Source: Thermoplasmata archaeon (GTDB lineage Archaea > Thermoplasmatota > Thermoplasmata > RBG-16-68-12 > JAJISG01). Taken from it: a stretch of 64,000 nt of DNA. A program made the translations under genes and the position numbers. The notes below the pieces were generated by a model. The model had not been told where the DNA came from. It did no database searches and worked only from the letters and a program-made list of their open reading frames with translations. The DNA lies in NCBI GenBank assembly GCA_046759185.1, contig JBHIBO010000006.1, positions 992 through 64,991 of the forward strand, written 5' to 3'. Of this stretch, positions 34,380 through 42,958 are shown in pieces; the first letter of the stretch is position 1, and the number at the start of each line of letters is the position of its first letter.

Positions 34380-35048
34380 ATGATCACCCTCCTGGGGGTG
34401 GGCCACGTCTTCCTGCTCGGTCCGCGCATCGACCAGGAGATGGAGCGGCGGCGGCCCGACCTCATCGCCCTCGAACTCGATCCCATCCGGCTGCAGGCAT
34501 TGAAGGACCCTGACCGTGTCAGGCGGACACCGGGTGTGTATAGTCTCCTGGCGACGTTCCAGCGCCGCATCGCGGAGGAGTACGGAGCGGATGTGGGCGG
34601 GGAGATGCTAGCCGCCTACACCGCAGGGAATCGCCTGGGGATCCCCGTGGCCCTCATCGATCTCGACTCGCGTCGCACCTGGCGGGACTTCCTGACCTCC
34701 CTCCGTCCCTGGGAATTCCTGAAGCTTCTCTTCTCGGCCTTGGGATCCATTTTCGTGGGACGCGAACAGGTCGAACAGGAACTGCAGCGGTACCAGGAGG
34801 ACTACGCCGGGTTCATGGAGGCCTTGGCAAGGGACTACCCGGCCGTCAAGGCAGTCCTCGTGGACCGGAGGAACAGCCACATGGCGAACGAGCTTAAGCG
34901 CCTTCATGGGACCTACGATCACATCGTGGCCATCGTCGGGGACGGCCACGTCCTGGGGCTCTCGACCCTCTTGGAGGGCGAGGACGTGGAGGTGGTCCGT
35001 CTCTGGGAGCTTCGGGAACCGGAGCCGACATCGGCGCACGATGCGTAG
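34380..35048 (+). CDS. TraB/GumN-family protein
   Basis: 222 aa. MITLLGVGHVF ... IVAIVGDGHVLGL are the diagnostic TraB N- and C-terminal motifs. Confidence 0.75.
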   Translation: MITLLGVGHVFLLGPRIDQEMERRRPDLIALELDPIRLQALKDPDRVRRTPGVYSLLATFQRRIAEEYGADVGGEMLAAYTAGNRLGIPVALIDLDSRRTWRDFLTSLRPWEFLKLLFSALGSIFVGREQVEQELQRYQEDYAGFMEALARDYPAVKAVLVDRRNSHMANELKRLHGTYDHIVAIVGDGHVLGLSTLLEGEDVEVVRLWELREPEPTSAHDA

Positions 35049-35125
35049 GCTGCCCCGGATGGCGGTCCGCCACCTTCGGTACCCTCTCCCGTCAACTCTT
35101 AAGGGAGGCCTCGCAATGGACAGCT

Positions 35126-36367
35126 GTGGGTGAGGAGGAGAAGCAGCAGACCACCCTCCGGTATCTCCAGGCGAAGTTTGCCCAGTACTACCAGACCCAC
35201 CCCCTGCGCCTCCCGCCTCGCTTCGGCCGCCGTGAGTTTGGGTTCATCCTCTTCGAGGGCGGTTTCGTGCTCCGCCACCTGGGCTTTCCCAAGGAGGACG
35301 AGCTGTATCGGTACATCCAGGCCAAGTCCCCCGCCCACATCTACCATTCCGCCGCCTACTACGAGACCCCTGGGGCACCGACCATGGGGGAGAAGGGATG
35401 GATGGGCGCGGATCTCGTCTTCGATCTGGATGCGGACCACATCCCCGGATGGCAGAAGCTGGGGTATCCGGGCATGCTCGAGGCGGTGAAGGACCAGGTC
35501 ATCCGCCTGATCGATGACTTCCTCCTGACGGACCTCGGCTTTCGGGAGGAGGACCTCCAGATCGCCTTCTCCGGGGCCCGAGGCTATCACATCCACGTCC
35601 GGGACCCTCGGGTCTCCACCTTGGAGAGCCACGAGCGGCGCGAGATCGTGGATTACATAACAGGGACGGGCCTGGACCTGGGACTGGTCGCTCGTCGGGA
35701 GCCCTTCGAGGAGCGGACCTTCGGCGACAAGACGCGGACCCTGAAACGTTTCCGCATCCCCGCGGCTTCCGACCCGGGGTGGCGGGGACGCACGACCCAG
35801 GGCGTCCTGCGATGGCTGGAGACCCTTGCTGAATTATCAGAAGAGGAAGCCCTCGAGGCCCTGCAAGAACTCGACGGCGTGGGACCCAAACGGGCCCACC
35901 AGATCTACGCCACCCTGCAGCGACTCGGGAGGGACAACACGCGAACTCGGGTGGAGGCGGGTCTCCTCGAGTTCTTCCCTCCGGGGAGCGGTCCCTCCCT
36001 CGTGGCGCAGGGGGTGGAGTACGCCAAGGGGGCCACGGACGAGCCTGTGACCTCGGACACGAAACGCCTCATTCGACTCATGGGCAGCCTCCACGGCAAG
36101 ACCGGGTTCGTCGTCGTGCCCCTGACCCGCGACGCGTTGGATGCCTTCGACCCCCTCACCGATGCCGTCCCGGCCCTCTACAGCCACGAGAAGATCCGCA
36201 TCGAGACGTCCCAGGCTATTGATACTGATATGATGGGCGAAACCTTTAATTTGGGACCTGGGCAGAACAGCGTCCCCGAATATCTGGCTATCTTCCTCAT
36301 GTGCCGGGGAATGGCCACCCTAGCCTCGGGGACAACCGGCGATGCAACCCAAGGAGGGCCTACCTAA
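35126..36367 (+). CDS. priS: DNA primase small (catalytic) subunit PriS
   Basis: 413 aa. LRYLQAKFAQYY ... REFGF ... HIYHSAAYYETP ... DLVFDLDADH (catalytic Asp triad region) ... RGYHIHV. Confidence 0.9.
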   Translation: MGEEEKQQTTLRYLQAKFAQYYQTHPLRLPPRFGRREFGFILFEGGFVLRHLGFPKEDELYRYIQAKSPAHIYHSAAYYETPGAPTMGEKGWMGADLVFDLDADHIPGWQKLGYPGMLEAVKDQVIRLIDDFLLTDLGFREEDLQIAFSGARGYHIHVRDPRVSTLESHERREIVDYITGTGLDLGLVARREPFEERTFGDKTRTLKRFRIPAASDPGWRGRTTQGVLRWLETLAELSEEEALEALQELDGVGPKRAHQIYATLQRLGRDNTRTRVEAGLLEFFPPGSGPSLVAQGVEYAKGATDEPVTSDTKRLIRLMGSLHGKTGFVVVPLTRDALDAFDPLTDAVPALYSHEKIRIETSQAIDTDMMGETFNLGPGQNSVPEYLAIFLMCRGMATLASGTTGDATQGGPT

Positions 36368-38459
36368 GGAAGCCCGCAAGCTCGCCCAGATTCGACTCTT
36401 CAAGGAGCTTCTCCTCCCGCTGCAGATCATTGCCATCCTGGCCTTCGCCGCGTTTCTGGTGGCCAGTGCGGGCCTCTCCTCCTCCCCCCTCTACGTTCCC
36501 CTCCTGGGGGCCCTGCCCCTACTCGTCGTTGCCCTGGCCGTCATCGCCCTGGAGTTCATCATCTTCCGCTTTCTGGAGATTCGTCACGCTCCCCGGGAGG
36601 GCCAGAAGTACATCCTCGTCGACATCAGCTGGCGAAACGCCAAGAAGGCCTTCGCCATCGCCTTGTTCCTGGCCATCCTCCTCCTCATCCCCCCGGTGAA
36701 GGCCCTCACCCTGAACCTGCTCTCTCCGACCTCCCAGCGGGGTTTGGAGGCGGGAGGGACCTTCCCTCTCACGTTCAACAGCCAAGACGCGATGGGCATC
36801 AGCCACGCCGAGAACTTGCAGGTCGTCGTCCTGAGTGGCGCCCTTCGCATCCAGATTCAGGAGGGCACCGGTCCACCGAGTGGGACCGTAAACCTGACGG
36901 CGGGCCAGCAACGAACCTTTGCCCTCACGGCTACGTCCTTCGTCCCGTATACCGTCACCTTCGAGAACCTGGCTGCGAGCACGACTTCCTTCACCTACAA
37001 GGTGAACCTGGCCCTCCCTACCGGGTTCATCAACCTCGCCGCGGTCCTCATGGGAGTCGTGGCGGTATCGAACTTAGTCTGGCTCCTGTACCTCCGACCG
37101 CTCAGGGAGGCCGGTCTGAAGGCGATGCCGTCCACGATGAAGCGACGTCGCCCGACCCGTCAGCCACGGCAGGCCCGAGGCTGGCCGCCCAGGCAACCCC
37201 CGGTCCCGCGACGACCCATCGCCTGGCGGTGGCCCTGGCAGCCCGGTCAGGTCCCCCGCTACCCCGTACCGCGGGGATGGAACCCCGCCTACGGACCCTA
37301 CGCGGCCTACCCCCCGCCCCAGGCCCTCCGTCGACCCGCCCCTCAGCCCGCGCGCCAACGCTCCCCGATGCCGGCGAGACCGGAACCTCCCGGGAAGCCC
37401 GAAGGGCCCGTCGAAGGGGAGGAGAGGGAGCTGCCACCTCCACCGGAGCAGGTAGAGCCCTACGAGGTGCCAGGTATCCCCCCTCCCGTCCCGGAGGTGC
37501 CCGATGACCCCGACCGGGCCGCCCTGAGGACGGTCGACATGGACATCAGCGGCCTCCTCGGCAAGGCGGAGGATCGAATCGCCATGGGCGAGTACAGGGA
37601 GGCCCTGGAAGACCTCGAGACCATCTTGGGCGTAGACCGAGAGAACCTCCCGGCTCTCCTGAAGAAGGCGGAACTCCTCCGGCGCGTCAACCGGCCCGGA
37701 GACGCCCTGGAGACCCTCGAGACCGTCCTGTCTCTCGATCCATGGCATCAAAGAGCGCTGTTGATGAAGGCGGGCCTCTTGGAGACCGACGGGCGATACG
37801 ACGAAGCCCTGGAGTGTTACGACGCTATCCTCTCGGGCAGTCCGGCCGTCCTCATGGCTCTCGTGCAGAAAGGAGACGTGATGGCCCGCATGGGGGAAGC
37901 CGAACTGGCGTGGGAGGCGTACCAGGAGGCGCAGCGCCTCGCCCCGGACGACCCGGACCTGCAGGAGAAAATCCGATCCATCGAGGAAGGCCAAGACTCG
38001 GCGCTGGATCCCGAGAGCCCGGAGTTCCACCTCAAGAAAGCGCAAGCCGCGGCCCGAGCCGGAAAGCTCGAGGAAGCCCTTCGCCTGTCCGAGGGGGCCG
38101 CCGAGGCCTTGTCCGAAGACCCTCAGCTGTGGGCCTTCAAGGGCGCCTTGGAGCAGGACTTGGGTCTCCAGGGACCGGCCATCGCCAGCCTCCGGCACGC
38201 CACGGAGCTCGACCCCAAGGACGAAGAGTCCGTTCGTCGGCTCGAGGGCCTGCAGCGGAAGGCCCAGGACCAGATCGACTTGGAGAAGGCCCTGCGGGAG
38301 ATCGAGGGCCTCGCCCCTGAAGTCGTGACGGGCATCGCGGAGGAGTTTCGGAGCCTCCGGAAGTTGAAGCGAGTGAAGGTCAAGACCTTGGCCTCCCTGG
38401 AGGGGGTCACGGAAGGGGACGCGAAGGCCATTCTGCGGCGGATTCGCAGCGGAAGATAG
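36342..38459 (+). CDS. Membrane-anchored protein with an extracytoplasmic domain, a Pro/Arg-rich linker and a C-terminal TPR array
   Basis: 705 aa. Two N-terminal TM helices flank a ~190-aa domain, then a third TM (AAVLMGVVAVSNLVWLLYL). A PRQP/PPPQ-rich segment follows, then at least five TPR-like repeats (YREALEDLETIL..., ALETLETVLSLDPWHQ..., YDEALECYDAIL...). It overlaps the priS 3' end by 26 nt. Confidence 0.6.
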   Translation: MQPKEGLPKEARKLAQIRLFKELLLPLQIIAILAFAAFLVASAGLSSSPLYVPLLGALPLLVVALAVIALEFIIFRFLEIRHAPREGQKYILVDISWRNAKKAFAIALFLAILLLIPPVKALTLNLLSPTSQRGLEAGGTFPLTFNSQDAMGISHAENLQVVVLSGALRIQIQEGTGPPSGTVNLTAGQQRTFALTATSFVPYTVTFENLAASTTSFTYKVNLALPTGFINLAAVLMGVVAVSNLVWLLYLRPLREAGLKAMPSTMKRRRPTRQPRQARGWPPRQPPVPRRPIAWRWPWQPGQVPRYPVPRGWNPAYGPYAAYPPPQALRRPAPQPARQRSPMPARPEPPGKPEGPVEGEERELPPPPEQVEPYEVPGIPPPVPEVPDDPDRAALRTVDMDISGLLGKAEDRIAMGEYREALEDLETILGVDRENLPALLKKAELLRRVNRPGDALETLETVLSLDPWHQRALLMKAGLLETDGRYDEALECYDAILSGSPAVLMALVQKGDVMARMGEAELAWEAYQEAQRLAPDDPDLQEKIRSIEEGQDSALDPESPEFHLKKAQAAARAGKLEEALRLSEGAAEALSEDPQLWAFKGALEQDLGLQGPAIASLRHATELDPKDEESVRRLEGLQRKAQDQIDLEKALREIEGLAPEVVTGIAEEFRSLRKLKRVKVKTLASLEGVTEGDAKAILRRIRSGR

Positions 38460-38478
38460 GTTTTTAGCGGAACCGCGT

Positions 38479-38718
38479 TTGGTTGCGACCGTGAAGGCCT
38501 TCCGCATCCGCGGGACGTTTCTTATGGGCCGCAACCGACAGCCCTTCAGCCAGGAGGTCGCCGCCGTCTCCCAGGAGGAAGCCGTGCAATGGGTCCTCTC
38601 GGAGCTAGGGAGTAAGCATCGGACCAAACGGAGGGACATCACGATTCAAGAGGTCTCGGAGGTGCCCCGGGACCAGGTCGAGGACTCCGTGGTGGCCTAC
38701 CGGGTCCAGGAGGGTTGA
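38479..38718 (+). CDS. rpl18a: 50S ribosomal protein LX (L18Ae/L20A)
   Basis: 79 aa. MVATVKAFRIRGTFLMGRNRQPFSQEVAAVSQEEAVQWVLSELGSKHRTKRRDITIQEVSEV matches the archaeal LX pattern. Confidence 0.8.
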   Translation: MVATVKAFRIRGTFLMGRNRQPFSQEVAAVSQEEAVQWVLSELGSKHRTKRRDITIQEVSEVPRDQVEDSVVAYRVQEG

Positions 38719-38719
38719 C

Positions 38720-39163
38720 GTGGCGGAGGATGTGGGACTCCAGCAGGCGGTGACCGCCCTCGAGACGACCCGGGCCCAACTCGAGGCTCTCACGCGGCAG
38801 GAAGAGGCCCTGCGCTACTCCCTCCAAGAGTACACGCGGGCCCGGGACACCATGGAGAAGTACCAGGGCTCCCCCGTTGGGACGGAGATCTTGGTCCCCA
38901 TCGGCGCGAACTCCTTCCTCTTCGCCCAGATCACCGACGTCGAGCGTGCCATCGTGGGCCTGGGAGCCGAGGTCGCCCTCGACGACAGCATCGAGTCGGC
39001 CATCGAACGGCTGGACACCCGGATCCGACAGCTCACCACGGTCCAAGAGGACCTGCTACGGCGCATCGGCGCCATGGAGGGCCAGGCCAACGACCAGGCC
39101 GCGGTCGTTCAAACGGCCTACGAGCAGGCCCAGAACGAACCCGGGGAGCGAGAGGGTGTTTGA
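38720..39163 (+). CDS. pfdA: Prefoldin alpha subunit
   Basis: 147 aa (GTG start). Coiled-coil / beta-hairpin / coiled-coil (GTEILVPIGANSFLFAQITDVERAIVGLGAEVAL). It sits in the conserved rpLX-pfdA-ftsY cluster. Confidence 0.85.
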   Translation: MAEDVGLQQAVTALETTRAQLEALTRQEEALRYSLQEYTRARDTMEKYQGSPVGTEILVPIGANSFLFAQITDVERAIVGLGAEVALDDSIESAIERLDTRIRQLTTVQEDLLRRIGAMEGQANDQAAVVQTAYEQAQNEPGEREGV

Positions 39164-40094
39164 GACCCTTCGCAGGAAGCTCCTGGGGTGGAAGGACAAG
39201 GCCCCGGAGGACCTCGACGAGCTCGTCTCGGAGACTTCGGGGAAGAAGATTAAGCGGGCGGCCCTAGACCGCTACCTCGCCGATCTGGAGATCGCTCTCC
39301 TAGAGTCCGACGTCGCCCTCGACGTCGTGTCGGGCATCACCCAGTCCATGGAGGAGGAGCTTCTGGGGAAGCGCATCTCTCGGGAGACGAACTTCCGGAA
39401 TGGCCTGTGGGAAGCCCTCCGTCGATCGGTTCGAGACGCCTTGGAGGTCCCGACCATTGACCTGCTCGCCTTCGTGAAGGAGGCGGAGAAGCCCGTCATC
39501 CTCATGTTCGTGGGGGTCAATGGTACCGGCAAGACTACGGTCATCGCCAAGTTGACCCACCTCTTCCAATCCGAACGTCTCACGTGCGTCCTGGCCGCCG
39601 GCGACACCTTCCGCGCCGGGGCCATCGAGCAGCTGGCGGTCCACGCCGAGCGCCTCGGAGTTAAGCTCGTCGCCCACGAGGCGCGGAGCGACCCTGCTGC
39701 CGTCGCCTTCGACGCCGTGGCCCACGCGCGGGCTCGTCATCGGGACGTCGTCCTCATCGACACCGCGGGCCGGATGCAGACCAAGGCCAACCTCATGGAG
39801 CAGATGAAGAAGATCAAGCGGGTCACGAAGCCTGATCTGGTCCTCTTCGTGGGCGACGCCCTCACGGGGAACGACGCCGTGGAGCAGGCCAAGGGTTTCG
39901 AGGCGGCAGTGGGCATCGACGGCGTCATCCTCACCAAGGTGGACGCTGACGCCAAGGGAGGCGCGGCCCTGAGCGTGGCCCAGGCTGTGGGTCGGCCCGT
40001 CCTCTACCTGGGGAACGGGCAGGAATACGATGACCTCGTGCCTTTCAACTCATCCTGGATGGTCGACCGTCTCCTGGGCCCTACCCCAACGTGA
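39156..40094 (+). CDS. ftsY: Signal recognition particle receptor FtsY
   Basis: The GTG start overlaps the pfdA end by 8 nt. NG domain motifs: G1 GVNGTGKTT, DTFRAGAIEQL, DTAGR, TKVDADAKGG. Confidence 0.9.
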   Translation: MFETLRRKLLGWKDKAPEDLDELVSETSGKKIKRAALDRYLADLEIALLESDVALDVVSGITQSMEEELLGKRISRETNFRNGLWEALRRSVRDALEVPTIDLLAFVKEAEKPVILMFVGVNGTGKTTVIAKLTHLFQSERLTCVLAAGDTFRAGAIEQLAVHAERLGVKLVAHEARSDPAAVAFDAVAHARARHRDVVLIDTAGRMQTKANLMEQMKKIKRVTKPDLVLFVGDALTGNDAVEQAKGFEAAVGIDGVILTKVDADAKGGAALSVAQAVGRPVLYLGNGQEYDDLVPFNSSWMVDRLLGPTPT

Positions 40095-40764
40095 GTCGTC
40101 GCTTCACGAGGAAGCGGAGGTTCTCCCACCCGTCGGCGAAGGACCGAATCTTCGCCTCTCCAATTCGGGACCGGTAGTGAATCGGGACCTCGGAAAAACG
40201 CAGGCCCTGGGCCAGGACTTCGAGCTTCAGCTCCTCGGAGAACGGCATCCCGTCGCTCTCCACGTGGAGGCGGTCCAGAATGGCACGACGAAACACCCAC
40301 ATCCCCGACTGGGAGTCCCGTAAACGGACGCCGTACAGGAGCGCTGCGGTCTTGTTCAACAGGGCATTCCCGATGCGATGATGCGCCTCCATGACCTCGG
40401 GTTCCAGGTACGCCAGTCGATCGCAGGAGACGAAGTCCCATCCCTCCCCATCCAGCAGGGCCACGATGCGAGGAATCTCGTGGGCGGGATAGGTCCAATC
40501 GGCGTCCAGCGTCGCAATCAGGTCCCCGCTCGCCGCCGCAAAGCCCGTCTTGTAGGCCCGACCGTACCCCCGGCGGTCTTCCGGGACAACGCGTGCGCCC
40601 TTTTCCGTTGCGATGGCCACGGTTCCGTCTTCTGACAGGGTGTCCACGACGAGGATCTCGTACGTCGATTCGGTTCCCCCCAGTGTCTCGTGGATCTCGT
40701 CCAAGACCCGACCGATGGAGGCCTCCTCGTTCCGGGTGGGGATGACGACAGAGATGTGGACCAT
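40081..40764 (-). CDS. GT2-family glycosyltransferase (dolichyl-phosphate mannose/glucose synthase-like)
   Basis: 227 aa. ISVVIPTRNEEASIGRVLDEI ... YEILVVDTLSEDGT ... DADWTYP (DxD) fits a DPM1-like fold. Confidence 0.8.
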   Translation of the reverse strand: MVHISVVIPTRNEEASIGRVLDEIHETLGGTESTYEILVVDTLSEDGTVAIATEKGARVVPEDRRGYGRAYKTGFAAASGDLIATLDADWTYPAHEIPRIVALLDGEGWDFVSCDRLAYLEPEVMEAHHRIGNALLNKTAALLYGVRLRDSQSGMWVFRRAILDRLHVESDGMPFSEELKLEVLAQGLRFSEVPIHYRSRIGEAKIRSFADGWENLRFLVKRRLTLG

Positions 40765-40812
40765 GGCGGCGGAGTGCCTACCTTCAGGCGTGTTAAAGAG
40801 GTTCGCCTCTCG

Positions 40813-41673
40813 TTATCTGGCACGCCAAGGGGGCTCCCCGAAGAACTTGTAGCCGACGTACCCCAACAGCGCCAGGAAGAGGCGGGCGAGGCCCCAGAAA
40901 GTCATCCGGCGACGGGCCATCTCTAGGGGACTGTACCGACTCCACAGGCTGCCATGCTTCAAGGTCAGTTGCTTGCGCCCGGCGCCGTTCCAGAAGGCCT
41001 GTCGGAAGAAGTCGTAGACGGAGGCCCGCGTTCGATGATAGACGATGGCCTTGGATTCGTAGAGGACCCCGTGACCCTCCTTCACGGCTCGCAGGTTCAT
41101 GTCGATGTCCTCGGCCGTGATGAACCAGGGGTCGAAGCCGCCGATGCCTCGCAGGGTGTCCTTCCGATAGGCGAGGTTTGCACTGGGGTAGGTGATGTCG
41201 GAGCCCCGGTAGATGAGCTCCACCCTCTCCAGCTCTTCGAACGGACGGTACCCGATCTGGATGGTCCGCCCGGCCACTACGTCCGATCGGTCCAGTCCCT
41301 CTCGGAGGTGCTTCAGCCAGAAGGGGTTCGCAATGCAGTCAGCGTCAATGAAGGCGATGGCGTCGCCTCCGGCCATGCGGATGCCATGGTTTCGGCTCTC
41401 CCCTCGAGTCCCGCCATGGTTCGCGAGGCGGATGAAACCGTATCGGGACGCGTACTCGCCCACGATGTCCCGGGTCCCGTCCTCGCTGTTCGAGTCGACC
41501 ACGATAATCTCGAGGGGGGCCTCTTGGGTGACGAGACTGTCAAGGAGGTCCGCGATGTTGTGTTCCTCGTTCCGTGAGGTCACCAGGACGCTGACGAGCA
41601 CGGTTCCTCTGAGACCGAGACGTGTTATGACCTTTCCTCTGCCTTTCCCTTCCTTGAGAATCGGGTCCTGCAC
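40813..41673 (-). CDS. GT2-family glycosyltransferase
   Basis: 286 aa. VSVLVTSRNEEHNIADLLDSL ... IIVVDSNSEDGT ... FIDADC, with C-terminal TM helices. Confidence 0.75.
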   Translation of the reverse strand: MQDPILKEGKGRGKVITRLGLRGTVLVSVLVTSRNEEHNIADLLDSLVTQEAPLEIIVVDSNSEDGTRDIVGEYASRYGFIRLANHGGTRGESRNHGIRMAGGDAIAFIDADCIANPFWLKHLREGLDRSDVVAGRTIQIGYRPFEELERVELIYRGSDITYPSANLAYRKDTLRGIGGFDPWFITAEDIDMNLRAVKEGHGVLYESKAIVYHRTRASVYDFFRQAFWNGAGRKQLTLKHGSLWSRYSPLEMARRRMTFWGLARLFLALLGYVGYKFFGEPPWRAR

Positions 41674-41716
41674 TCATGAGGGAGGCTTTATCCGATACAA
41701 TCCTGGTCCGACCTCC

Positions 41717-42838
41717 GTGGACGTCTCTGTGGTCGTGGGCACCCGGCCCGAGATCGTGAAGATGGCGCCCGTCGTGCTGTCGCTCCGAGAGGCTGGGGTC
41801 CCCTTGTCGTTGGTTCACACAGGCCAGCATTACGACCAGGAGTTGTCCGAGGTCTTTCTCGGAGAGCTGGGGCTCGGCTCCCCCGACGCCGTTCTCGCTG
41901 TGGGTTCCGGGACACAGGCCAAACAGACTGCCGACGCTCTGACGCGGCTGGAGTCCCACTTCACCGAGCACACACCCCTCCTCATCCTGGTCGAAGGAGA
42001 TACGAACACGGTCCTGGCGGCCGCCCTGGCGGGAGCGAAGAGGGGGATCGATGTGGGGCATGTAGAAGCCGGTCTACGAAGCCATGACCTGCGGATGCCG
42101 GAGGAGCACAACCGACGGTTGACGGACCACCTCTCGTCCTACCTCTTCGCCCCCACGGATGTGGCGGCCAAGAACCTGCGGCAGGAAGCCGTCTGGGGTT
42201 CCATCTGGATCACCGGAAACACGGTCATCGATGCGACGACCCGGTATCTCCCCCTTGCAGAGGCGCGCTCGAAGGTTATGGACCTCGTTCCATTCGAGGA
42301 GTTCTGCCTCGTGACGGCTCACCGGGCCGAGAACGTCGATGACCCAGGGACCCTCCGGGAACTGGCCGACTTGCTCCGGAAGGCCCCGCTCCCGGTCGTC
42401 TACCCCGTCCACCCCAGGACCGAGACGCGACTGGGGGAGGCGGGGCTCTACGGGAAGCTTCAGGATTCGGAGAACGTCCAGGTCCTCCCACCCCTCGGCT
42501 ACTTCGACTTCCTTGTCTTGATGAAGGAATCCACCTTCATCCTCACGGACTCGGGGGGCATCCAGGAGGAGGCGACCTCGCCTGGCATCCAGAAGAAAGT
42601 CTTCGTCTTCCGTCATAGCACGGAACGTCCAGAGGCCGTGGCCGCAGGCTATGCGAGGGTGGTCGGAACCACCGCCAGCAAGGCGATTCTCGCCATGAAG
42701 GAGTACTTGGACGATCCCGATCCGCCCACTGCGCCGAGCCCGTACGGGAGCGGAACCAGTGGTGCCCAGATTGCGTCGTTAGTGCAAGAGATCCTCGCAG
42801 GCGGACCCGGCCCCATGCGAAGAGCGGGCCCTTCGTGA
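41717..42838 (+). CDS. wecB: UDP-N-acetylglucosamine 2-epimerase (non-hydrolysing; WecB/MnaA family)
   Basis: GTG start (VDVSVVVGTRPEIVKMAPV). HTGQHYD ... HVEAGLRS ... TGNTVIDA ... DSGGIQEEA. Confidence 0.85.
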   Translation: MDVSVVVGTRPEIVKMAPVVLSLREAGVPLSLVHTGQHYDQELSEVFLGELGLGSPDAVLAVGSGTQAKQTADALTRLESHFTEHTPLLILVEGDTNTVLAAALAGAKRGIDVGHVEAGLRSHDLRMPEEHNRRLTDHLSSYLFAPTDVAAKNLRQEAVWGSIWITGNTVIDATTRYLPLAEARSKVMDLVPFEEFCLVTAHRAENVDDPGTLRELADLLRKAPLPVVYPVHPRTETRLGEAGLYGKLQDSENVQVLPPLGYFDFLVLMKESTFILTDSGGIQEEATSPGIQKKVFVFRHSTERPEAVAAGYARVVGTTASKAILAMKEYLDDPDPPTAPSPYGSGTSGAQIASLVQEILAGGPGPMRRAGPS

Positions 42839-42958
42839 CGGTCCGGAAACGCTTTTATAGGGACCTGTAATCTACGGGCCGCTCCGCGAGGGGCCTTCGT
42901 CAGATGGGATGGATGGGATGCGTCCGAGGCGACGTTATCGTGGTTAGGGGGTCGCTTC

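Noticed and set aside
41213-41716. N-terminal 168 codons of track ORF 41213..42838
   Set aside because: This part overlaps the GT2 gene on the opposite strand and is low-complexity. The WecB homology only begins at the in-frame GTG at 41717 (VDVSVVVGTRPE), so the gene was trimmed.
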